DNA of 64,000 nucleotides from Protoeuglena noctilucae (Eukaryota). The notes under the pieces are model-generated. The model did no database searches, was not told the DNA's origin, and worked only from the letters and a program-made list of their open reading frames with translations. The translations under genes were made by a program, and so were the position numbers. The stretch is taken from contig OY253673.1 in NCBI GenBank assembly GCA_958009085.1, forward strand, positions 1,054,001 through 1,118,000, given 5' to 3'. Positions 51,001-60,339 of this stretch are shown here, piece after piece (within the stretch, counting starts at the first letter, position 1; every line of letters begins with the position of its first letter).

Positions 51001-54000
51001 CGGAGATATCCAAGCTGGCGAATGCCATCAAGACCCACGCCTCGCGTTTCCGTTACAAGCCCATTGGCCCCATCGGCGCGTACCTCACCCTCACCGACGC
51101 CTCGTGGGGCCCTGCGGTGGAGTTCGCCGTGGGCCACTTGCTGCAGCAATTCCTGGTGCACAGTTTTGATGACCTGCAGACCCTAAGGCAGCTTGCGGAT
51201 CACTGCGGCGTGCCACGCCACGCGCTCCGTGCCATCGTGACTCGTTTGGATGTGGCGCCCTACCCGGTGCCCGAGGCGCCCCTGGGGCCTGGGGTCACCA
51301 CGGTGTACCAGGTGAGTGGGGTGGGTGGCGTCAGGGACGGTTGACGGTCTGCCGGGTGAGTGGAGAAGGCGCGTGGCTATTGATGGTGTCCCATGTCGCG
51401 CGACGCCTGAAGCCCTGGCCTCGCGACCGGCTGTCATGAAGACACCATGCACATCACATGAACATATCATGAACATACATTAACAATAAACGTACCATTC
51501 ACATCACACATCATGCTCACATCACACGCGCCCCTCTCACAGGTGCTGCGGTGCACGCGCCCCGAGGTGGCCGGCCCCGTGATGAATGCCCTGGTGGACC
51601 ACGCGTACGCGGACCTGTCGGCGCTGTGCGTGACGCGGGACGAGGCCAAGCAGATCGGATTCCAGCGCAACCGGGGGGGCAAGGCGACGGGCAAGGCTAC
51701 GGGCAAGGCTACCGGCTACTTCAAGGGCAGTGACCGGGACCCCCCCACGCGGTACCAGACGCGCGGGGGCTTCCAGGACAGCGAGAATGCGAGGATGGAC
51801 GCACGGCCGCGCATCAGCACCGAAGGTGGGCGCCGCCTTTGGGGAGGGGTGGCAGCCAGTAAGGGGAGGGTGGTGGTGGCGGGTGTAGTGACCTATCACT
51901 AGGCATTGCAGTGGCAGTCAGTATGAATCGGGCGTTCTTTGAGCGTGAGATATAAGCTGACATGTCTCTCTTGTGTCGCAGGGCTCAGCACAGAGGAGCT
52001 GATTCGACAGGAGGAGGCGGGGATGGGGCAGGCGCAGGTGCGGCGCTGGCAGGGCCACTCATGTAGGACTAGCATTTGGGGATAAGCAGTGATCCCGTAT
52101 GAACATGGTTGTGTGTGTGCTCAACCACGCTTGGGCAATGTATAATACCCGCCACCCATCACTGTTGGCACTACACCGCTGCTACCCAGCTGCCACCACA
52201 CTGTGACACCATACCCCTCGTCCTTTCGCCAATGCAGGCGGCTGTGACAGCGCTGGATGCTCAGTTGCGCGGCCTGATGCTGGAGGTGGGGCAGCTGGGC
52301 GAGCGAGAGCAGGAGTTGGGGCGGCGGCTGCAGGACGCCGATTGGCGGCTGGTGGACCTGCAGTCGGAGCTGGCATCGCTGCAGACGCAGCTCAAGGACG
52401 CGCAGACGCAGGCCATCCTCACCCAGGCCAACCAGATGGGGGAGGTGAGAGGAGAGGTGGCAATGCTCATACAGGCTAGTCTAATACTAATTAGATGGGG
52501 GAGGTGAGATGAGGGATGTGGGGATGAGGGATGGCAATGCTCACGCAGGCCAACCAGATGGGGGACGTGAGATGGGGGATGTGGGGATGCGAGAGGTGAG
52601 ATGGGGTGTGGCAATGCTCACCTTGGCCAATTATGTGGGGGAGGTGAGGGATTGAGAGCGAGGGCGTTGACATGGTCGTGACGACGGCACTGCCGTCATG
52701 CAAACGGCATGATTGTGACTGAGTCATCACGAGTCAATCGCTTGCTTCGTTGCTTTCCCCAGGACGAGGAGCTGATGAGGCTGCAGGAGCTCCAGGCCAC
52801 GCTGCTGGACTACCAAGTGCAGAGGGCGGACCTGGCAGAGCGCGTGAGGGAGGCGGACGGACGGGTGAGGGGCGGGGAGCGGGGGAAGGGTGATGTGGGT
52901 GGGCATGGTGATTATGGGCACGCTGCTGCTGCTAATGGTGATGATGATGATGGTGTGGAATCACTAGCTGAGTTGATGTGCAGGTCAGTAGCTGAGGGGC
53001 GGGGGCGGGAGTGACGGCGAGCGTGGGGTGCCGCTGCTGTTGCACAGTTCTCTCTCCCCCTTCTCTCTCCCCCTTCACCGCCACTCCGCCGCGAGCGTGG
53101 CGAAAAAGACGCGATGTTATTTCACCAAAACTCGAACCCGCGACCTCTCGTCCGCAGGAGCGCGAGGCGGAGCGCGCGCGCCACGCGGTGTTCAAGGAGG
53201 GTGCGGCATTGATGCAGACGCTTGCGGAGCAGAATGAGCGCATGGGACAGCTGGCCCCGCTCCTGCAAGCGGCCAGGGAGGCGGAGACGGAGTGCTGGGT
53301 GAGGGAGGGGTGGGAGAGGGGAGCTGGGGTGGGGCTGTGCAGAAGTGCATGTTCGGTGGGTAGGGGAGGGTGGAGTGGGGCGTGTGGCGCAGGGTGGTGG
53401 AGGAATCCATGCTGCTTGTTTTTGCTTAGTACAGCACTAGCAGTGCCGCTGCTATGCATTCGTGCTATGCCACGTGCCTTCGTGCTATGCCCATGCCCGT
53501 GCCCGCCTATCCTGTGCCGCAGCGCCGCCTGGCCGAGGAGGAGGCCCAGCTGGCGCAGCAGACGGCGTCGTTGGATGTGCTGCAGCAGATGGCTGAGGAG
53601 GCCCAGGGGAGGCTGGCGGAAGACGGGGTGGACCAGGTGAGGGGGTGTATGGGGTAATGGGGGTGTGATGGTGTGCGGGGGTAGTGGGGTGGACCAGGTG
53701 AGGGAGTAGAGGAGGTGGGGTGACGGGGTAGAGGAGGTGCGGCGGTGTGCATGGGGTGACGGGAGCGAATGGTTGCTGTTTCCTCTGCCTGCTTTTGCAT
53801 GTGCAGACGACTCTGCGACCATGAGTGCGGCCACTCCCCCCACCCACCTGCGCCCCTCCACCCCACCCAGAGTGCCATCCCCTCCCACCTCCTGCGCTAC
53901 TACAACTACGTGCTCTCCATTCTCATGGAACGGCCCAACAAGACCATCGCCACAGTGACCAAGCAGGTCGACATACTGAAAGACCTGGTGGCTGCTCGGA

Positions 54001-55938
54001 GTGGGGGTGGGTCGGGGGCAGGACCGTCTGGGGTGAATGCGGATGGGGCTGGGCCATCTGGGGTGGCGGGTGCGGGTGCGGGTGGCAGTGGGGGTGCGGG
54101 TGTGGATGGGGTGGAGGCGCCTCTGCTGCCGGCCGGGGTGGTGGTGCCATCGAATGAGGAGCTGACCAAGTACCTGAGGAAGGCGAGTGGCTGACTGTCA
54201 GCGGTGGCGGTGGTGTTGAATGAGGAGCTGGCCAAGTACCTGAGGAAGGCGAGTGGCTGACTGTCAGCAGTGGTGGTGGTGTTGAATGAGGAGCTGACCA
54301 GAGGCGAGTGGCAGAGGATTGCTGCTTCATGATTGTCAGCGACCACAGCCTCTCTCTCCTTACTCTGCAAACTCTCTCCCTCCTCACCCTCTCCCACCCT
54401 CCTCACCCTCTCTCCCTCCCCACCCTCCACCCTCCTCACCCTCTCTCCCTCCCCACCCCTAAACCCTCCCTCTCCCTCCCCACCCTCTCCCCAGGCCGAG
54501 CGCAGTTTCGCCTTAGCAGAGGAGCAGGTGGCCCACACGACCCCCGCGGAGGTGAGGCGGGAGCGCGACGCGGTCGACACAGAGTACGAGGAGCTGAACA
54601 AGGCGGTGATCAAGGTCAAGCTGGTGGTGGACAAGCTGTCGGACGCTTATGACGAGAGGAGGGTCGATTTGGACCGCATCCGGAGGCTCAACGAGGACGC
54701 CATGGACAACGTGAGGGGTTGCTATCAGTAGTGGTGATGATGGATGGGGTGATAGTGATGTGGTGATGGATGGGTGTGAAGGGGACGCCATGGACAAAGT
54801 GAGGGGTTGTGGGGGTGGATGGGCAGTTGTAAAGGGTGGTGCTTAATGGGGTGACAGATGGGGTGGTGATAAAGCGTTAATCTCGATACACAAGTCACTA
54901 CCTCAGCATGCAACACCCTCTCCCTCTCTCTACCTCCAGCGTTTCTTCCAGTACATGAGCCGCAAGGGCCACCAGGGCTCCATGGCCGTGGACCACCAGT
55001 GCCACACCCTGCGCCTGACGGTGCACATGAACGGACACCAGGCGCCCACCGAGGACCTCAAGGCGCTCAGCGGGGGGGAGAGGTCGTACACCACGGGTGA
55101 GGGAGAGATGGGGGACGATGGGGGTGGGGTGGTGGTGGGGAGGAGTGAGTGGGGTGGGGGTGTGGTGGTGAGTTATGAAGAGAAGTCGTACACCACTGGT
55201 AGTGGTGAGGGAGAGATGGGGGTGGGGTGGGGTGGAGCAAGTGGTGAGAAAGAAGAGAAACAGCTAAGCTGTTAAGCTTCTCAGCACATGTTGTCGTCCA
55301 CCGAGCTGCACCACAGCCTCCACCTCACTTTGCCACCCTCACCCTCATCCGTACCCCCCAGTGTGGCCTGGCTGCTGCCATCCTCACCCACCCACCCCCA
55401 ACCCACCTCACCCCACCCGACCCCACCCACCCCCCTTCAGTCGCGTGGCTTCTGGCCCTGGGCCAGTCCACCCGCAACCCCTTCCACGCCTTTGACGAGT
55501 ACGACGTTTTCCAAGACGCCTCCAATCGACGGGCGTCCACGCGCGCTCTGACCGAGTTCGCCAGGGAGATGGACGACAAGCAGTTCTTCCTACTCACGCC
55601 ACAGGCGAGGATGGGGGGGGGGGGGGCTGTGGGGGCATGTGGGGTTACGGTGTTGCTGACGCCTCATTGCACCACCTGCCGCACCATTGCCATCTCTGCC
55701 ACCCCTTTAATAACCCTTGCGGTGTTCGCAAAACTCTATGTCGCCACCATACTCGCCACCGCGCCTTATCCATATCTTTCCCTGCCAAACTTCGCAGGAC
55801 CTGGCGTCGATTCGCAAGGTGGTGGACGATTTGAACGTCGATGGGGCGCGCGCCAACCCACCCCAGCCCCCGCTGCCCGAGGACTTCGTGAGGTTCCAGC
55901 TCATGAGGCCAGCCAGGGAGAACGCCGTGAGGGCTTGA
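48042..55938 (+). CDS. SMC6: Structural maintenance of chromosomes protein 6
   Basis: N-head LRNFMCHENL..VISGTNGSGKSAMLQAL..GAKAKDTGR. NPVNVLTQDAARSFL. Hinge PIGPIGAYL..WGPAVE. C-head LSGGERSYTT, FDEYDVFQD, QFFLLTPQD. The start (MVVIK exon 48042-48056) is tentative. Confidence 0.95.
52418..52650 (+). repeat. Four degenerate tandem copies of an SMC6 exon end plus donor site
   Basis: CTCAC.CAGGCCAACCAGATGGGGGA.GTGAG..GGCAATG recurs at about 52418, 52467, 52540 and 52617. Confidence 0.85.
54152..54312 (+). repeat. 66-nt tandem repeat (about 2.5 copies) spanning an SMC6 GC donor site
   Basis: GAATGAGGAGCTG.CCA starts at 54152, 54218 and 54284 (period 66). Each copy contains AG|GCGAGTGGC. Confidence 0.9.
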
Positions 55939-56281
55939 GGGGGCTTGTGTGCTCCAGCTCATGTGGGCGTAAGAGGGCGGTGTGAGAGGAAGAGTGGCCG
56001 TTGCTTGCGTGGCGCTTTCGCTGCCATGCTCGGTGCTTGCGTGACGGGGGCGGCCGTCGCTTGCCTGACGCCTCTTGCTTTGACGCCCACCAAAACGGAT
56101 GAGCCGCATTGCGAGATGTTTGATGGGATAGGTAGAGATAGATAGAGACAGGCCCTGGCCCCACGTGAGTGATGTTCCCCAGCTCGTGCTCTTTCAAACG
56201 AGACCATACAACTGCGTCAGCTTTTCGCAAGCAAATCATGTCTCAAGGGTTGGGCGGCGCCGAGCAGATCCCCCCAGTCCG

Positions 56282-58491
56282 TCAGTAGCGTCTGCCTCGC
56301 CCCCTGCCCCGGCCCCTCCCCCGCCCCCGCCCATGCCTGCCCCGCTCCTCCTCCTCATCCCTCTCCGTCGGACGGCTAAACATGCTCCCGAATATGTGCT
56401 CCCTCAGGTCCCCACTGCCACCAACGTTTCCACTGCCACCAACGCTTCCCTCCGTGACCACCCCACCGCCTGCCCCACTGCTCCTGGGGTGGTACCCTGC
56501 ACCGCAGCACAGCACGGTACGAACGTGCTTAGACTGTCACACTTTCCTCTACTCGCACATCCCCACCGCTGGCCCAGTATTCAGCCCCACTTAGATAGCA
56601 CCCCTTACACCTCAGCACTGCCGCCTGCCACGCGTCTCACCTCCCCCACCGCGCGCCTCCAGGTCCATCTGCCGCTGCAGCTCCTCCGCCAGTCGCCGAT
56701 CCCTCTCCTCCTGACTCAGGGCCCCCTCTGCCTGACTCAGGGCCCTGTCCGAAGTGCCTGCCTCCCTCGCAGCCCCGCCACGCGCAAACCCCCCCCGCCC
56801 GCTGCCCCGACTCGAACCCACCGCACCTATCTCCTCACTTCCCGCTGCACGTCCCCGGCCCCTCCCAAACGCGCCCCCGTCCCCGTCGCCCCTGCCCCGA
56901 CCCCTGCCACCCCGCGCCTCTGCCCCACTCCTGTCCGCTCGCCCCCCGTGACCCACACCCGCCATCTGCTCCCGCCGGCTCTCCTCCAACATCTGCCTTT
57001 GAAGCTTCTGCGAGTGAGAAAACGATCACTGACCATCGATACAACGGCTGGATCACAGCAACGGCCCGTGCACCCCGCTAACCCAGTTGCGTGCCAAAAG
57101 TACAGGCCAACACGCTACGCCCCACCCTCACCTCCGCGAACCTCCGATCCGCTTCCTCCTGCCGCGCCCTCTCATCGTCCGCCACCCCCACACCCATACC
57201 TACACCCACGCTATCCAGCGTCACGCGCCCCCTCCGCCGCTCCTCATATTCCTCCAACGTCATCTTGCCAGCCGCACCCTCGTTGTCGCCGTCACCCCAC
57301 CGGCCCCGCCGCTCCCGGCGACCGCCACGGCCCCGTCCGCCCCGCCCCTCCTCTACTTGCACCCTCAGCCGGGCGCGCACCGCATCCCTCCGCACCGCCA
57401 GCCCCGCACCCTCCGCCGCCTCCACCTCCACGCGCCGCTCCTCTGCGGGGGGTGCCGCCCCCGCTGCCGCGCCCTCTAGCGCTTTCCTGACAACGTCCGC
57501 ACCCACACCGGCGCTGTCGGGCCGATGGGCCTCCCGCTGCCCGGGCCTGCGCCCACCCTGGAAGAGTCGGAAGGGCGGAGGGGGGTCCTCCCCAGCCTCC
57601 CCTTGGCGCCTGCGGACGTCGCGCGAGGGCGCGGGTGGCGTGCTGATCGCATGACAGCACAGGATGCCGGTGACGGTGCGGGCAGTCGGTCCATGCCCCT
57701 TGGCCGAGAACTCTGCGCTCACCTGGCCCCGGCCAGCGCCCCGTACTTGCGCTCGACGTCCCAGGCTTCGTAGAGCTCAGGAACGGTGCCTCCCAGGACC
57801 CGGACGTTCGCATTCTTGAGCAGCAAAAGCCCTGCAACGCACAGAGCCATCATTTGTCGCAAACGCTACGCCAGATGTCGCTCGGGTGCATGGTAAGTGT
57901 AGCATGCCACAGCGGAAGAGCAAAATGTTCCTCGCCTTGGCGCGCCGTCGCCCGCGCGATCTGGATTTTGCACCCCGGCGGCACCGCGTCTGTCGACGAG
58001 ATGCTGCCGATCGGCTCGTGCTCGATAGCGATGCACGTGCTCCGCCCGTCCGTCAGCTTAAAACGAAGCATCCTCTGAGGACCACCCGCGCCGGCGGCAG
58101 CGGCGCGTGTCGGCCGTGCGACGTCCGTGCAGGCCAGGACCTGCATCACGACCGGCCCGGGCACAGCCACGGCATCCGAAGCCCGTCCGACCTGGTCTGC
58201 GCAGATACACGACCAAGCGGCTCATCTCCAGCCGCATCGGACGATAAGACGCACGCGCTCATCCCCTCACGCACCTGCCACCGTGGCCTCGCCCCACTTG
58301 CGCTGGTCTAAGCCAAGGAGGCGCTCCCTCAGGGTCGCCGCGTCATGATCAGTGGAGAGGAAATCGCCGCGGACTCTGAGAGTGCGAAGACATTCGCATC
58401 AAATCGAAGATACGAGCTGTCCTTGTGGCTAGCTTGGCTGTGGCTTGTGAACTGGCCCTTACCGGAAGCCCTCCTGTTCCAGGGCCCGCAT
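56282..58491 (-). CDS. TDRD3: RMI1_N OB-fold protein of the TDRD3 type (topoisomerase III partner) with RGG-rich C-terminus
   Basis: MRALEQEGFR|VRGDFL..LLGLDQRKWG..GPVVMQV..RMLRFKLTDG..AIEH..VPPGCKI..G|LLLLKNANVRVLGGTVPELYEAW..PPPPF. Tail with DRRLAEELQRQ and GRGRGRGRGRR. No Tudor domain seen. Confidence 0.8.
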
Positions 58492-58622
58492 CTCGCTGGC
58501 TGCTGCGCTTTCGTTGCGTTCACATTGATGCTCGAGTCGCTTGCAACAGCATATAGATAACGAGTCATGGGAAAACCCTGACGCCAGCAAGCTGTGACGC
58601 CGCCGGGTCTATAATAGGGACT

Positions 58623-59717
58623 CTATTTCAGGGCCTTGATGAGCGGCTCGAAACTGTCGACGAACCAGTCCGCACCCTCAGCGACCTTCGGGCGGAACAC
58701 CACCCCGCCATACCCGATGAAGATCTTAGCCGCGCCCTCGCCCCTTGCCTGCGGGTCAGTGAGGGAGTTACAGGTTCAATATCCATGCATACACCTTCTA
58801 GAAGGCACACACTCATTTGCAGTAGCGATGTCGCCACAGCAGGGGCGCGCCTCACCTCCAGGTCAGTGGCCCCATCGCCGATAGCGACCACCGTCCCATA
58901 CCCGTGCTTCTGCCTGATGAACTTGACCGCTTCGGCCTTGCCTCCCGACCGGGACGTGAACTCCTTCTCGTCGAAGCCGACGTACGTGCCGTCCGGCGCC
59001 CAGAGGAGCGTGTTGGCAAAGACGTGTTCCCTGCATGCAGGAGGCGCCTGGTTACCTCAGCCTCCCTCGACGCCATCTCGCATCGGCAGCGACTGAGACC
59101 GCTGGGAGGGCTCATTATTCACCTGGGGATGTTCATCATGTCGGCGATCGGGTCGATAATGACGCGGAAGCCGCCGCTGACCAGGAAGACGCTCTTGCCC
59201 CGTCCCTGGAGCGCGCGCACGAGCTCCGGGATGCCCGGGGAGATGCGCGGCGGGTGCGCGGCGAGGAATCGATCCATGTCCTGCCGGGAGCAGTTCATGA
59301 GCTGCAGGCGCTCCCGCAGCGCGTCCTGGAAGCGCACGTTGCCGCCCATCGCCCGCCGCGTGAGCTCCGCCACCTGGTCGCCGACGCCGAGGAAGGCCGC
59401 GACCTCGTCAATCGACTCGTCCGTGCAGAACGTGCTGTCCACGTCGAAGCACACCGCCTCCGCCGACCGCCAGGCCTCCAGCGTCGCAGCCGAGGGCTCC
59501 CTTCGCACCTGCGCGGGTCCCGTGGGAGAGCTTTCGCACGAAATCGCCGTGACCGACTAGTGACTGCCTTTTCCTCGCGTCCGCTGCGCGAGAGCCTCGC
59601 CTGCACCCCCGCATCCTGCTGGGCAGCCTGCATCGCCACTTGTCGCCCTGCCCTGGGCGCGAGCTGCCGCGTTGCTGTTGCGCTCGGAGCCCAGCGACCA
59701 GACACACTGCGAAGCAT
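58623..59717 (-). CDS. PSP: Phosphoserine phosphatase (HAD family), probably plastid-targeted
   Basis: AVCFDVDST..ESIDEVA..LTRRAMGG..LRERL..VFLVSGGF..VFAN..TSRSGGK..VVAIGDGATDLE..ADWFVDSF. Transit-like first exon 59717-59601. Stop TAG at 58625-58623. Confidence 0.95.
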
Positions 59718-60339
59718 TACACGGCAAGTTTTCATTTGACCCATGGGGCCCAGTGCATCAATACGGTCTCGACAACAATCGCCTCCCGTTTTGTAAAGCG
59801 CTAGCTGGATTTCGCGCCTTCGGACCTGACGAGCCTTGCATTTGATGTTGCAGGAGACGTCTGGGGCCTGCTGCACGGACACAGGCGGCAGGCGCACGCA
59901 GCCACCATCGTCTCTTCGGCCGGTCTTCACGCTCAGCTTAGCGCGTTGGCCGAGGCCCCTGTTGAGGCCGCGCGAGCGCTGCGCGGAGACACCTCACAGG
60001 ACTCCATCTCGATCGACAGGTGTCTGAGATTTGCTCGATCTCTGCGGAGGCGCGGGTACACCCTGCCAGTCCGCCGGGCTGCTGCCACCCGCGCGGTTCC
60101 CAGCCGGCCTCACGGTCTCCGCGCTAATGATGCTCGCGAGGTGCCGTCACCGATCCGCGCCCCCGTCCTCCGTCGAGAACTTTGAGACCGTTGGCGCGGG
60201 AACCGCGTTTGCTCGCGCGAAAGCCACTCTGAGGGCGTGCCATTGATCCAGGACGCCGTCTCTTGCAGATTCGGCTCCGCACGCCGCATCTCTGAGGTTC
60301 TGCCTTCCTCGCGCTGCCGCACGCGGCTCCTTGACTGAG

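Noticed and set aside
54152..54312. Repeat-spacer appearance resembling a CRISPR array (also 52418-52650)
   Set aside because: The units are contiguous duplications of an exon-intron junction without unique spacers, the context is eukaryotic, and there are no cas genes.
54457..54463. CCCTAAA telomere-like heptamer
   Set aside because: A single copy inside a C-rich intron, with no array.
56165..57490. 441-aa + strand ORF
   Set aside because: Antisense to the TDRD3-like gene and a Pro-rich shadow of Gly/Arg codons.
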